Position numbers and translations under genes: made by a program. A stretch of DNA of 64,000 nucleotides from Flavobacteriales bacterium. Its GTDB lineage: Bacteria; Bacteroidota; Bacteroidia; Palsa-965. Location: the NCBI GenBank assembly GCA_002737665.1, contig NSIF01000004.1:2228-66227 (forward strand), read 5' to 3'. The notes under the pieces are model-generated. The model saw nothing but the letters and a program-made list of their open reading frames with translations. It did no database searches and was not told where the DNA came from. Below, one piece after another: positions 11,510 through 22,923 of this stretch (the first letter of the stretch is position 1; every line of letters starts with the position of its first letter).

Positions 11510-11866
11510 ATGGGAATTACAAAAATCGAACGAAGAAAACGCATTAAAATGCGCATCCGTAAACGCCTTTCAGGGGTTACAGGTATACCACGTCTGAGCG
11601 TTTTTAGAAGTAACAAAGAAATTTATTGTCAGATCATTGATGATGTTAATGGAAGTACAGTTACTGCCGCATCATCTCGCGATAAGGAAAATGCAAAAGC
11701 AAAAGGGAATAAAACGGAGCAAGCAAAACTTGTTGGTGCGTCAATTGCAAAAAAAGCTACAGCAGCAGGTGTTATTGCAGTTGTTTTCGATCGAGGTGGT
11801 TACCTCTACCATGGTCGAGTAAAAGCTTTAGCTGATGCAGCACGAGAAGCGGGTCTTAAGTTTTAA
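11510..11866 (+). CDS. rplR: 50S ribosomal protein L18 (uL18)
   Basis: 118 aa, ...[18 protein letters not shown]...[26 protein letters not shown]. Confidence 0.97.
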   Translation: MGITKIERRKRIKMRIRKRLSGVTGIPRLSVFRSNKEIYCQIIDDVNGSTVTAASSRDKENAKAKGNKTEQAKLVGASIAKKATAAGVIAVVFDRGGYLYHGRVKALADAAREAGLKF

Positions 11867-11899
11867 ATATCATTCTACACAGAGAAAACCATAAAATAA

Positions 11900-12418
11900 A
11901 TGGCAGAAGTAAACGTAAAACGAGTTAAATCAAGCGATATCGAACTTAAGGATAAGTTGGTTGCAGTAAATCGCGTAACCAAAGTTACTAAAGGTGGTCG
12001 TGCCTTCACATTTACAGCAATCGTGGTTGTTGGAAACGAAAAAGGCGTGGTGGGTTATGGTCTTGGTAAATCGAAAGAAGTTTCTAGCGCAATTACGAAA
12101 GCGATTGATGACGCAAAGAAAAATCTTGTGAAGGTATCAATCGTTAATGGTACTGTTCCGCATTCTCAGGAAGGAAAATTTGGTGGATCTTTAGTGTTCC
12201 TCAAACCGGCTTCACATGGTACAGGTGTTATTGCCGGTGGTGCTATGCGTGCTGTTCTTGAGAGCGTTGGAATTACAGACGTTCTTGCAAAAAGTAAAGG
12301 TTCTTCAAATCCACACAATGTTGTAAAGGCTACAATGGATGCCCTTATGCACATGCGTGATGCTTACGCAGTTGCGGAGCAACGTGGAATCACAATGGAT
12401 AAAGTATTCAACGGTTAA
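11900..12418 (+). CDS. rpsE: 30S ribosomal protein S5 (uS5)
   Basis: 172 aa, ...[26 protein letters not shown]. Confidence 0.98.
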   Translation: MAEVNVKRVKSSDIELKDKLVAVNRVTKVTKGGRAFTFTAIVVVGNEKGVVGYGLGKSKEVSSAITKAIDDAKKNLVKVSIVNGTVPHSQEGKFGGSLVFLKPASHGTGVIAGGAMRAVLESVGITDVLAKSKGSSNPHNVVKATMDALMHMRDAYAVAEQRGITMDKVFNG

Positions 12419-12429
12419 TAATAAAACAT

Positions 12430-12609
12430 ATGGCTAAGGTCAAGATCACACAGATCAAAAGCAAAATCGATTATCCTGAATATCAAAAGCAAACTTTGAT
12501 TGCTCTTGGAATAAAGAAAATGAATGGATCGGTTGAAAAAGAAGCTACACCACAAATTATGGGTATGATTGCAGCAGTGCATCACCTAGTTAAAGTGGAA
12601 AATATTTAA
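12430..12609 (+). CDS. rpmD: 50S ribosomal protein L30 (uL30)
   Basis: Not in the ORF track (59 aa). Hand translation gives MAKVKITQIKSKIDYPEYQKQTLIALGIKKMNGSVEKEATPQIMGMIAAVHHLVKVENI. It sits exactly in the rpsE-rpmD-rplO slot. Confidence 0.9.
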   Translation: MAKVKITQIKSKIDYPEYQKQTLIALGIKKMNGSVEKEATPQIMGMIAAVHHLVKVENI

Positions 12610-12629
12610 TAATACTAACGATTAGAGAA

Positions 12630-13079
12630 ATGAATTTATCTAACCTACAACCAGCAAAAGGTTCGACAAAAAAAGAAGGCAAACGCTTAGGTCGTGGACA
12701 AGGTTCCGGCAAAGGTGGTACCGCATCTAAAGGACATAAAGGAGCTCAATCTCGTTCTGGCTATTCGTCTAAACGTGGTTTTGAAGGTGGTCAAATGCCA
12801 CTTCAACGTCGTTTACCGAAATTTGGATTTACAAATATCAACCGTAAAGAATTCAAAGGAATCAATCTTGACGCTTTACAAATGTTGATTGAAAAGAAAA
12901 ATTTAACGGTCATTGACACTGCAGTTCTTATTTCAAACGGACTTGTATCTAAAACAGACAAGGTTAAAATACTTGGTCGTGGTGAATTGAAAGGTAAAGT
13001 TGATGTTAAAGTTCATGCATTTTCAGCAACAGCAAAAGCGGCAATAGAAGCTAAAGGCGGAACAACTACAACGCTATAA
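12630..13079 (+). CDS. rplO: 50S ribosomal protein L15 (uL15)
   Basis: 149 aa, MNLSNLQPAKGS...GRGQGSGKGGT..KGHKG. Confidence 0.97.
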   Translation: MNLSNLQPAKGSTKKEGKRLGRGQGSGKGGTASKGHKGAQSRSGYSSKRGFEGGQMPLQRRLPKFGFTNINRKEFKGINLDALQMLIEKKNLTVIDTAVLISNGLVSKTDKVKILGRGELKGKVDVKVHAFSATAKAAIEAKGGTTTTL

Positions 13080-13080
13080 T

Positions 13081-14439
13081 ATGAAGAAGTTCATTGGAAC
13101 CATAAAAAATATTTTTGCAATTGAAGAGTTGCGTCAACGTATAATTTATACGTTGGGATTTTTGTTGATTTATCGTTTGGGTAGTTATATTGTTTTACCT
13201 GGCGTTGATCCTGCTGCATTGGCTAAGGCCCATAGCAGTGATGAAGGGATTCTTCAACTTATTGATATTTTCGCTGGTGGTGCATTTTCACGAGCATCGA
13301 TTTTTGCTTTAGGTATAATGCCTTATATATCTGCATCAATTATTTTGCAATTACTTACAATGGCCCTACCTCATTTTCAACGCATGCAACGTGAAGGTGA
13401 AAGTGGACGTAAAAAAATTAATCAGTATACACGTTACCTGACTGTAATTATAACCTCAATGCAAGCAGTAGGTTACCTTGCATCACAGGTATCAGGAAAG
13501 CAAGGTGTTGTGCTTGATCCTAGTTCTTTTTGGTGGTTCCAGTCAGTGTTAGTTTTAATAACAGGTACAGTATTTGTAATGTGGTTAGGTGAAAAAATTA
13601 CAGATAAAGGAATTGGTAACGGTATATCATTGATTATTATGATTGGTATTGTTGCACGACTTCCTTTCGCTATTAGTTCTGAGTTTGGTTCACGATTGGA
13701 GGCTTCAGGTGGTGGCTTAATTATGTTCTTAGTTGAACTTGCAGTTTTAATGATGGTAATTGTTAGTTGTATCCTTTTAGTTCAGGGCACTCGTCGAATT
13801 CCAATTCATTTTGCAAAGCGCGTTGTTGGTAACCGTCAGTATGGTGGTCAACGTAATTTCCTCCCTCTTAAAGTAAATGCATCTGGTGTTATGCCTATTA
13901 TTTTTGCTCAGGCAATTGTAATGATTCCGATTCAATTAGCTGGTTTTGCGGGTAGGGGAAGTGATGGAGAAATAAGTTGGTTTGCTCGTGAATTTGGCGA
14001 CACAAATGGTTTTTGGTACAATTTTTCTTCCGCTCTTTTAATTATTGTATTTACATATTTCTATACTGCTATTACTGTTAATCCTAATATGATGGCGGAA
14101 GAAATGAAGCGTAATGAAGGATATATTCCTGGAGTTAAACCTGGAAAGAAAACTGCAGATTATATTGATCAGATTATGTCAAGAATTACTTTGCCAGGTG
14201 CTATTATGCTCGCATTTGTTGCTATCCTTCCTGCTATTGTAATTAACTTTGGAATTTCAAATGAATTTGCACAATTCTACGGTGGCACCAGTATTCTTAT
14301 TCTTGTTGGTGTTGTACTCGATACGCTTCAACAAATAGAAAGCTACCTGTTAAGTAATCGCCTAGATGGATTAATGAAGTCTGGTCGTATAAAAGGTAGG
14401 TCAACAGTTGGCGGCATGCAGCAGGCAAACGCACAGTAA
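13081..14439 (+). CDS. secY: Preprotein translocase subunit SecY
   Basis: 452 aa, polytopic, with SIFALGIMPYISASII. Conserved position after rplO. Confidence 0.98.
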   Translation: MKKFIGTIKNIFAIEELRQRIIYTLGFLLIYRLGSYIVLPGVDPAALAKAHSSDEGILQLIDIFAGGAFSRASIFALGIMPYISASIILQLLTMALPHFQRMQREGESGRKKINQYTRYLTVIITSMQAVGYLASQVSGKQGVVLDPSSFWWFQSVLVLITGTVFVMWLGEKITDKGIGNGISLIIMIGIVARLPFAISSEFGSRLEASGGGLIMFLVELAVLMMVIVSCILLVQGTRRIPIHFAKRVVGNRQYGGQRNFLPLKVNASGVMPIIFAQAIVMIPIQLAGFAGRGSDGEISWFAREFGDTNGFWYNFSSALLIIVFTYFYTAITVNPNMMAEEMKRNEGYIPGVKPGKKTADYIDQIMSRITLPGAIMLAFVAILPAIVINFGISNEFAQFYGGTSILILVGVVLDTLQQIESYLLSNRLDGLMKSGRIKGRSTVGGMQQANAQ

Positions 14440-14448
14440 AAATGGTTT

Positions 14449-15225
14449 ATGATTCGTTATAAGACGAAGGAAGAAATTGAGTTAATACGAATAAGTTCTT
14501 TACTTGTTGGCAAAACCCTCGCAGTAGTTGCATCCGAAATAAAACCCGGTGTATCAACTGCAGCTATTGATAAAATAGCAGAGACGTTTATCTTGGACAA
14601 TGGCGCTAAGCCAGCGTTCAAAAACTATCGCGGCTTTCCTGGAACACTTTGTGTTTCTCCAAATGCTCAAGTAGTTCACGGCATGCCTGGTAAATATATT
14701 CTTCAAGATGGAGATATTATTTCAGTGGATTGTGGTGTTTTGATGAACGGTTTCTATGGCGATTCAGCTTATACTTTTCCTGTTGGAAATGTAAAACCTG
14801 AAATACTGAGATTACTACGCGTAACTAAGGAGAGTCTTTACAAAGGACTTGAAAAAGCAATCGTAGGTGGACGCATTGGCGATATTAGCGAAGCAGTTCA
14901 GTTTCACGCTGAGTCTAATGGATTTTCAATAGTCCGAGAACTTGTTGGTCATGGTGTAGGTAAAAACTTACATGAAGATCCTGAGGTTGCAAATTATGGT
15001 AGAAAGGGGACAGGTCCGAAACTCGCTGAGGGATTAGTGATCGCAATTGAACCGATGGTGAATTTTGGTAAGCGAACTATTCGTCAAGAAAAAGACGGGT
15101 GGACAATTACAACAGCTGATGGATTACCATCTGCACACTTTGAGCACACAATTGCAGTTGGAATGAATAAGCCAGATATTCTGTCTTCATTCGACGAAAT
15201 TGAAAAGGTATTAAATGGAAATTAA
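14449..15225 (+). CDS. map: Type I methionine aminopeptidase
   Basis: 258 aa, ...VVHGMPG...GDIISVDCG...GFYGDSAYTF...GHGVG..LHE.P. It follows secY with no adk, as in many Bacteroidota. Confidence 0.97.
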   Translation: MIRYKTKEEIELIRISSLLVGKTLAVVASEIKPGVSTAAIDKIAETFILDNGAKPAFKNYRGFPGTLCVSPNAQVVHGMPGKYILQDGDIISVDCGVLMNGFYGDSAYTFPVGNVKPEILRLLRVTKESLYKGLEKAIVGGRIGDISEAVQFHAESNGFSIVRELVGHGVGKNLHEDPEVANYGRKGTGPKLAEGLVIAIEPMVNFGKRTIRQEKDGWTITTADGLPSAHFEHTIAVGMNKPDILSSFDEIEKVLNGN

Positions 15226-15244
15226 ATTGAATTGTAAATTATAA

Positions 15245-15463
15245 ATGGCAAAAACACCAAGTATCGAGCAGGATGGGACTATCCTCGAATCACTTTCCAA
15301 CGCAATGTTTCGCGTTGAATTGGAAAATGGTCACGTAATAACTGCTCACATTTCAGGGAAAATGAGAATGCATTATATCAAAATTTTGCCTGGTGATAAA
15401 GTGAAAGTAGAAATTTCACCTTACGATTTAACAAAGGGACGAATTTCGTACCGGTATAAATAA
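15245..15463 (+). CDS. infA: Translation initiation factor IF-1
   Basis: 72 aa, ...[48 protein letters not shown]. Confidence 0.98.
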   Translation: MAKTPSIEQDGTILESLSNAMFRVELENGHVITAHISGKMRMHYIKILPGDKVKVEISPYDLTKGRISYRYK

Positions 15464-15522
15464 AAAAAGAGGTTTTCTTAAAAGAGAACTAAGTTTTAAG
15501 ATAAAAGTTTAACACTAAAAAA

Positions 15523-15642
15523 ATGAAAGTTAGAACATCAATAAAAAAAAGAAGTCCCGAGTGCATTGTTGTGCGCCGCAAGGGTCGTCTTTATGTCATT
15601 AACAAAAAGAACCCTAAATTCAAACAGCGTCAGAAAAACTGA
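15523..15642 (+). CDS. rpmJ: 50S ribosomal protein L36 (bL36), Cys-poor form
   Basis: Not in the ORF track (39 aa). Hand translation gives [39 protein letters not shown]. Conserved infA-rpmJ-rpsM slot. Confidence 0.9.
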   Translation: MKVRTSIKKRSPECIVVRRKGRLYVINKKNPKFKQRQKN

Positions 15643-15685
15643 TTGCATTAGGTCACGGAAAATGAACAATTATATAACACGATAA

Positions 15686-16063
15686 ATGGCAAGGATTGCT
15701 GGAATCGATTTACCGAAAAACAAAAGAGGCGAAGTAGGTTTAACCTACATCTTCGGCGTAGGCCGTAGCACCGCCCGAAAAATTCTAACTGAAGCTGGTA
15801 TCCCTTATGATACAAAAGTTTCTGAATGGAATGATGATCAATTGGGCAAAATTCGTACGCTCATCGGCGACAAAGTAAAAGTCGAAGGTGCGTTGCGATC
15901 TGAAGTTCAGTTGCACATTAAACGACTTATGGACATTGGCAGCTACCGCGGCATTCGACACCGTTTGGGCTTGCCGGTTCGAGGACAAACTACAAAAAAT
16001 AACTCTCGTACTCGTAAAGGAAAACGAAAAACAGTTGCGAATAAGAAAAAAGTAACGAAGTAA
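15686..16063 (+). CDS. rpsM: 30S ribosomal protein S13 (uS13)
   Basis: 125 aa, [14 protein letters not shown]....LTYIFG.G...A. Confidence 0.98.
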   Translation: MARIAGIDLPKNKRGEVGLTYIFGVGRSTARKILTEAGIPYDTKVSEWNDDQLGKIRTLIGDKVKVEGALRSEVQLHIKRLMDIGSYRGIRHRLGLPVRGQTTKNNSRTRKGKRKTVANKKKVTK

Positions 16064-16124
16064 AAAATCATTGAACAGTTGATTAAATTCTTAGAAATTT
16101 AAAAAACTTTAATTGTAATCGATC

Positions 16125-16556
16125 ATGGCAAAACAAGCAGCGTCAGCACAATCAGGTAAAGGATCTCCATCAGGCGGAAAAGTTCCCGCAAAAAAACGTG
16201 TCGTCAAAGTTGAGGCAGTTGGAGAAGCGCATATCAATGCGACCTTTAATAATATTATTATCACTTTAACCAATATGACAGGGCAGACCATTTCTTGGTC
16301 GAGTGCTGGTAAAATGGGTTTCCGTGGTTCTAAGAAAAATACACCATATGCAGCTCAAACAGCTTCTTCAGATGCTGCTAAAGTTGCATTTGAAAATGGT
16401 CTTAGAAAAGTTAAAGTGTATGTAAAAGGTCCAGGCGCAGGTCGCGAATCTGCTATTCGTACACTCAACCAAGCTGGAATAGAGGTTACAGAAATTATTG
16501 ACCTTACCCCAATTCCTCACAATGGATGCCGTCCTCCAAAACGTCGTCGAGTATAA
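16125..16556 (+). CDS. rpsK: 30S ribosomal protein S11 (uS11)
   Basis: 143 aa, ...[42 protein letters not shown]. The N-terminus is slightly extended and Gly/Ser/Lys-rich. Confidence 0.97.
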   Translation: MAKQAASAQSGKGSPSGGKVPAKKRVVKVEAVGEAHINATFNNIIITLTNMTGQTISWSSAGKMGFRGSKKNTPYAAQTASSDAAKVAFENGLRKVKVYVKGPGAGRESAIRTLNQAGIEVTEIIDLTPIPHNGCRPPKRRRV

Positions 16557-16594
16557 TTTAAAAAAGAGTATAACACTAATCATAGAGATAACAG

Positions 16595-17197
16595 ATGGCA
16601 AGATACATTGGACCAAAATCAAAAATCGCTCGCAAGTTCAAGGAACCAATTTTCGGTCCTGATAAGGCGCTTGAAAAAAAGGCATACCCTCCTGGACAAC
16701 ACGGGCCAAATGCTAAGCGTGCAAAAAAATCGGAATATGCTGTTCAATTGACAGAAAAACAGAAAGTGAAATACACTTATGGAATTCTAGAAAAGCAGTT
16801 TGCAATTATTTTCGATCGCGCTACACGTGCAAAAGGAATTACAGGTGAAGTACTACTTCAATTGATTGAAGCTCGTTTGGATAATGTTGTTTATCGAATG
16901 GGAATTGCACCGTCACGTTCTGGTGCTCGTCAGTTGGTTTCTCATCGTCACATTACTGTTAATGGAAATGTGGTAAACATTCCTTCTTATACACTTGAAC
17001 CAGGTGATGTAATTGGAGTGCGTGAAAAGTCGAAGTCATTGGAGTCTATATCCAATTCAATTGGATCTGGAAGTGTTTTTTCGTGGATAGAATTTAATCC
17101 AACTGCGTTGGAAGGTAAATTTGTTAGTTTCCCTGAGCGAACACAAATTCCTGAAAACTTTAAGGAACAACTAATCGTCGAATTGTATTCTAAATAA
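16595..17197 (+). CDS. rpsD: 30S ribosomal protein S4 (uS4)
   Basis: 200 aa, [15 protein letters not shown]...SEYAVQL.EKQK.KY.YG. Confidence 0.98.
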   Translation: MARYIGPKSKIARKFKEPIFGPDKALEKKAYPPGQHGPNAKRAKKSEYAVQLTEKQKVKYTYGILEKQFAIIFDRATRAKGITGEVLLQLIEARLDNVVYRMGIAPSRSGARQLVSHRHITVNGNVVNIPSYTLEPGDVIGVREKSKSLESISNSIGSGSVFSWIEFNPTALEGKFVSFPERTQIPENFKEQLIVELYSK

Positions 17198-17273
17198 TAA
17201 TTGAAAGTGCCGGGCAGGGGCCAAAACGCCTGCTGTTATATTAAAACATTACAAACGAACAAGTATAAAAACA

Positions 17274-18266
17274 ATGGGCATCCTAGCATTTCAAAAACCC
17301 GATAAAGTAATAATGATTCAATCAAGTGAAACTGATGGTCTTTTCGAATTCCGTCCGTTAGAGCCTGGTTATGGTATTACAATCGGAAATGCGCTTCGTC
17401 GCATTTTGCTTTCATCTCTTGAAGGCCATGCCATCACAACTCTTAGAGTTGAAGGTGTAGAGCATGAATTTTCATCTGTTAAAGGTGTAATGGAAGACGT
17501 AACTGAAATTGTTCTTAACCTGAAACAAGTACGTTTCAAACGCCAAATTGAATCAACTGATAGTGAGAAAGTGGTTGTCAATATTACAGGCAAAACACAA
17601 CTTACAGCAGGCGATATCGGAAAATTCACATCTGGATTTCAGGTGTTAAATCCAGATTTCGTGATTTGTAATATGGACGAGTCTGTGAAATTGAAACTCG
17701 AATTAACGATTGAGAAAGGTCGTGGTTATGTTCCTGCTGAAGAAAACAAACCTTTGAATGCTCCAATCGGATTAATTCCTATTGATGCAATTTATACTCC
17801 AATTCGTAACGTAAAATACGCTGTAGAAAACTACCGTGTTGAACAAAAAACGGATTACGAGAAACTTATTCTTGAAATTGTAACTGACGGATCTATTCAT
17901 CCGAAAGAAGCCTTGAAGGAAGCAGCTAAAATTCTTATTCATCACTTCATGTTGTTTTCCGATGACAAAATTACATTGGATACTATTGAGAAAGCATCTA
18001 CAGAGGAGTTTGATGAGGATTCATTGCACATGCGTCAACTTCTTAAAACTAAATTGGTGGACATGGACCTTTCTGTTCGTGCACTCAACTGCTTAAAGGC
18101 GGCTGATGTAGAAACATTAGGTGACCTTGTTTCATTCAATAAAAATGACCTTTTGAAATTCAGAAACTTTGGTAAAAAATCACTTACTGAATTGGAAGAA
18201 TTAGTTGCTGCAAAAGGACTTGTATTTGGAATGAATATTGCGAAATATAAATTGGATCGCGATTAA
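17274..18266 (+). CDS. rpoA: DNA-directed RNA polymerase subunit alpha
   Basis: 330 aa, ...F.PLEPGYG.T.GNALRR.LLSSL.G.A...; C-terminal domain [12 protein letters not shown]...LGDL. Confidence 0.98.
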   Translation: MGILAFQKPDKVIMIQSSETDGLFEFRPLEPGYGITIGNALRRILLSSLEGHAITTLRVEGVEHEFSSVKGVMEDVTEIVLNLKQVRFKRQIESTDSEKVVVNITGKTQLTAGDIGKFTSGFQVLNPDFVICNMDESVKLKLELTIEKGRGYVPAEENKPLNAPIGLIPIDAIYTPIRNVKYAVENYRVEQKTDYEKLILEIVTDGSIHPKEALKEAAKILIHHFMLFSDDKITLDTIEKASTEEFDEDSLHMRQLLKTKLVDMDLSVRALNCLKAADVETLGDLVSFNKNDLLKFRNFGKKSLTELEELVAAKGLVFGMNIAKYKLDRD

Positions 18267-18321
18267 TTAATGATTGTGGTAGCGCTCGGTTTTGCGCAGC
18301 TGCTAAATACGATAAAAGAAA

Positions 18322-18846
18322 ATGAGACACGGAAATAAAAATAATAACCTCAAGCGAACAAAGGCTCATCGCGGATCAATGCTTTCCAATATGGCTAGTT
18401 CATTGATTATGCATAAAAGAATCAATACAACTCTTGCGAAAGCAAAAGCGTTGCGTTCTTTTATTGAACCATTAATTACACGCTCTAAGCCGGTAACAAC
18501 AAAAGTTGAAGACACGCACAACCGACGAATTGTATTTAGTTACCTTGCTGATAAATTAGCGGTTGCTGAATTATTCAAAGAAATCGGACCGAAAGTTTCT
18601 GATCGTCCAGGTGGATATACCCGTATTATACGTTACAGTATAAGCGTGAAGCCAGGAATAAATGCAAAGCGTCGTATGGATAATGCCGATATGGCAATGA
18701 TTGAGTTGGTAGACTACAATGAACTTTTATTAAATGTTAAAGGTGATGGTAAGAAAGCGAAGTCTACTCGACGTGGACGTGCTAAAACTAAATCTTCTGA
18801 AACAACACCTACGCCTGAAATTAAATCTGAAGAAAAAGGTGAATAA
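18322..18846 (+). CDS. rplQ: 50S ribosomal protein L17 (bL17) with basic C-terminal extension
   Basis: 174 aa, [35 protein letters not shown]. Last gene of the cluster. Confidence 0.96.
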   Translation: MRHGNKNNNLKRTKAHRGSMLSNMASSLIMHKRINTTLAKAKALRSFIEPLITRSKPVTTKVEDTHNRRIVFSYLADKLAVAELFKEIGPKVSDRPGGYTRIIRYSISVKPGINAKRRMDNADMAMIELVDYNELLLNVKGDGKKAKSTRRGRAKTKSSETTPTPEIKSEEKGE

Positions 18847-18877
18847 ATTGTCAGTAAATTCATTTTAAGACCAATAA

Positions 18878-18909
18878 GGGATACAGTATTTTTGCTGTAT
18901 CCCTTTTTT
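18878..18909 (+). terminator. Rho-independent terminator closing the ribosomal cluster
   Basis: GGGATACAG (18878..18886) pairs with CTGTATCCC (18895..18903) around an 8-nt loop, followed by TTTTTT (18904..18909). It lies 32 nt after the rplQ stop. Confidence 0.7.
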
Positions 18910-18935
18910 CTTAGTGTTAATTACAAAATTATATA

Positions 18936-20081
18936 GTGGAAGAGAAAGAATCAAAATTTCAAAGGCCCAAATACATCGCACTTGCACCAGCAGTATTATT
19001 GCTAGAAGACGGAACAGTTTTTCATGGCAAGGCCGCTGGCGCAATTGGAACAACTACAGGTGAAATCTGTTTCAATACGGGCATGTCTGGATACCAGGAA
19101 ATTTTTACAGACCCTTCTTATTATGGACAAATTCTTATTTCAACAAATGTTCATGTTGGAAATTATGGAATTAAAGCTGAGGATGTGGAATCGGATTCCA
19201 TTAAAATTTCAGGTCTTGTTTGTAAAAAATTTAGCGAAGTTTATGCTAGACCTTTAGCAGATAAATCCATTAAAGATTATTTTATCGAACAAAAAATTGT
19301 TGGAATTTGTGAAGTGGATACGCGCGCAATTGTTCGTCACATTCGTGACAAGGGAGCAATGAATGCAATTATATCCAGTGAAAACCTTAACATTGATTCT
19401 TTAAAAATAGAATTGAAGAATGTCCCTTCCATGTCAGGACTTGAGCTTTCGTCTAAGGTTGCTACAAAAGTTGCCTATACTTCTGGTGCCGAAAATTCAA
19501 AATTTAAGGTAGCGTTGTTGGATCTTGGTGTAAAGAAAAACATAGTACGATGCCTTGTTGAACGAGGCTGTCATGTGAAAATTTTTCCAATGAAAACTTC
19601 AGCAGCGGAGATGATTGCTTGGAATCCTGATGGATTTATGATTTCAAATGGTCCAGGAGATCCTGGTGTGATGTTGGCCGAAGTGGAAACGGTGAAGGCA
19701 TTAGTTGACAGTGGAATTCCTGTTTTCGGAATTTGTTTAGGTCACCAAATAATTGCACAAGTTTTTGGATTGTCAACTTACAAAATGCACAGTGGGCATC
19801 GTGGAATTAACCATCCCGTTAAAAACGTAATTTCAGGAAAAAGTGAAATCACTTCTCAAAATCACGGATTTGCAGTTCATGCAGATGATATTTTAAAAAA
19901 CGCGGATATTGAAATTACGCACATCAATTTAAATGATAAGACAATTGAAGGACTTCGTCATAAGGTAAAAAAAGTTTTTTGTGTTCAGTATCATCCAGAG
20001 TCTTCGCCTGGACCGAATGATTCTCGCTATCTATTTGATGAATTTATAGAAAATATGTCGAGTGTTAAAGTTGCAAAATAG
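18936..20081 (+). CDS. carA: Carbamoyl-phosphate synthase small (glutaminase) subunit
   Basis: 381 aa, ...LLLEDGTVFHGKA.G..G...GE.CFNT.MSGYQE..TDPSY.GQ; GATase motif GICLGHQ. The start is a GTG and there is no in-frame ATG near the N-terminus, so the start is uncertain by a few codons. carB is not adjacent. Confidence 0.92.
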   Translation: MEEKESKFQRPKYIALAPAVLLLEDGTVFHGKAAGAIGTTTGEICFNTGMSGYQEIFTDPSYYGQILISTNVHVGNYGIKAEDVESDSIKISGLVCKKFSEVYARPLADKSIKDYFIEQKIVGICEVDTRAIVRHIRDKGAMNAIISSENLNIDSLKIELKNVPSMSGLELSSKVATKVAYTSGAENSKFKVALLDLGVKKNIVRCLVERGCHVKIFPMKTSAAEMIAWNPDGFMISNGPGDPGVMLAEVETVKALVDSGIPVFGICLGHQIIAQVFGLSTYKMHSGHRGINHPVKNVISGKSEITSQNHGFAVHADDILKNADIEITHINLNDKTIEGLRHKVKKVFCVQYHPESSPGPNDSRYLFDEFIENMSSVKVAK

Positions 20082-20094
20082 CATAACATTCAAG

Positions 20095-20102
20095 TATTTT
20101 TG
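20095..20102 (+). promoter_or_regulatory. -7 promoter-type octamer upstream of eno
   Basis: TATTTTTG matches TAnnTTTG and lies 65 nt before the eno ATG. Confidence 0.3.
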
Positions 20103-20137
20103 TTGTGAGATTTTTTTTTAATGAATTACATTAATAA

Positions 20138-21457
<1,320 letters not shown>

Positions 21458-21583
21458 GCTAAAATCAGCCGATAAAATTAATTTACGAACCCCTTCGGAA
21501 ACATCTGTTTTTTTCTCTAATTTAGAGGCATAATATTTTGTAATAAATAATACATTTAAAATTGTTCGTGCGAATAAATATTT

Positions 21584-22915
21584 ATGGATAACCTGAAGCA
21601 AAAATTTATAGAGAAAGCAAAGCCGATGGCGGCTGAAGTAAAAGCTATTATTAAAGAACATGGCGATAAAAAGCTTGGTGAATATACTGTAGCACAGGTT
21701 TACCAAGGAATGAAATCCATGACAGGCCTTGTAACTGAAACTTCAAAGTTGGATCCTGAAGAGGGAATTCGTTTTCGTGGTTATTCAATTCCTGAATTAC
21801 GCACTCAACTTCCAAAAGCACCGAACGGAACTGAGCCATTGCCTGAAGGCATATTTTATTTGATGCTCACCGGCGACCTACCAACAAAAGAAGATGTTTA
21901 TGCACTTGGAAATGATTGGGCAAGGCGTGCAATTGTACCTAAGCATGTGTTTGATACAATTGAAAAACTTCCTGCGGCTACGCATCCAATGACCATGTTT
22001 AGTATTGCAGTAATGGCAATGCAGACCGAATCTCTTTTTGCAAAAGCATATAAAGAGGGGATGAGTAAAAAAGATTATTGGGATTATACTTTTGAAGATG
22101 CTATGAATATCATTGCTCGTTTACCACGTTTGGCGGCATATATTTATAGAAAAAAATATAAAAATGATATCCACATTGAGCCGGATCCGAAATTAGATTG
22201 GGCGGCAAATCTTGCGCACATGATGGGTTACGATGAGTTTGATGTAAAACGATTGATGCGTTTGTATATGACTATACATGCGGATCATGAAGGTGGAAAT
22301 GTTTCAGCGCATACAACCCATTTAGTTGGTTCTGCTTTGAGTGATCCTTACTTAGCATTTGCTGCGGGTATGAATGGTCTTGCTGGTCCATTGCACGGAC
22401 TAGCAAATCAGGAAGTAATTGCATGGATTTTGAAAATGCGTGAAGAAATAGGAGCCGAGCTACCGACAGAACAGCAAATTGCAGATTATATACATAAGAC
22501 ATTGGCTGATGGGCGAGTTGTTCCTGGCTATGGTCATGCTGTATTGCGAAAAACCGATCCGCGTTTTGAGGCGCAACAAGATTTTTATATTCGCTATATA
22601 AAAGAGGTAAAGGGTGTCGATGCTCTTTGCGAAATTGTTCACATGGTCTATAAAGTTGCACCACCAATTTTAGCGTCGACAGGAAAAATTAAAAACCCTT
22701 GGCCGAATGTTGATGCCCATTCTGGTGCACTCTTAATGCATTTTGGAATAAAAGAATTTGATTTTTATACAGTTCTTTTTGGTGTTTCCCGTTCTTTGGG
22801 AGTACTTGCATCGCTTGTTTGGGATCGAGCTTTAGGATCACCGATTGAACGTCCAGGTTCTATTACAACAGAAGGAATTAAGAAAAAAATTAGCTCAACT
22901 AAAAGTGCAAGCTAA
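21584..22915 (+). CDS. gltA: Citrate synthase (eukaryote-like type I form common in Bacteroidota)
   Basis: 443 aa, ...GMKSMTGLVTETS.LDP.EGIRFRGYSIPE...; GYGHAVLRKTDPR signature. Confidence 0.95.
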   Translation: MDNLKQKFIEKAKPMAAEVKAIIKEHGDKKLGEYTVAQVYQGMKSMTGLVTETSKLDPEEGIRFRGYSIPELRTQLPKAPNGTEPLPEGIFYLMLTGDLPTKEDVYALGNDWARRAIVPKHVFDTIEKLPAATHPMTMFSIAVMAMQTESLFAKAYKEGMSKKDYWDYTFEDAMNIIARLPRLAAYIYRKKYKNDIHIEPDPKLDWAANLAHMMGYDEFDVKRLMRLYMTIHADHEGGNVSAHTTHLVGSALSDPYLAFAAGMNGLAGPLHGLANQEVIAWILKMREEIGAELPTEQQIADYIHKTLADGRVVPGYGHAVLRKTDPRFEAQQDFYIRYIKEVKGVDALCEIVHMVYKVAPPILASTGKIKNPWPNVDAHSGALLMHFGIKEFDFYTVLFGVSRSLGVLASLVWDRALGSPIERPGSITTEGIKKKISSTKSAS

Positions 22916-22923
22916 ATTTTAAA

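Noticed and set aside
22272-22667. 131-aa minus-strand ORF inside gltA
   Set aside because: It is antisense to a well-conserved citrate synthase and has no motifs.
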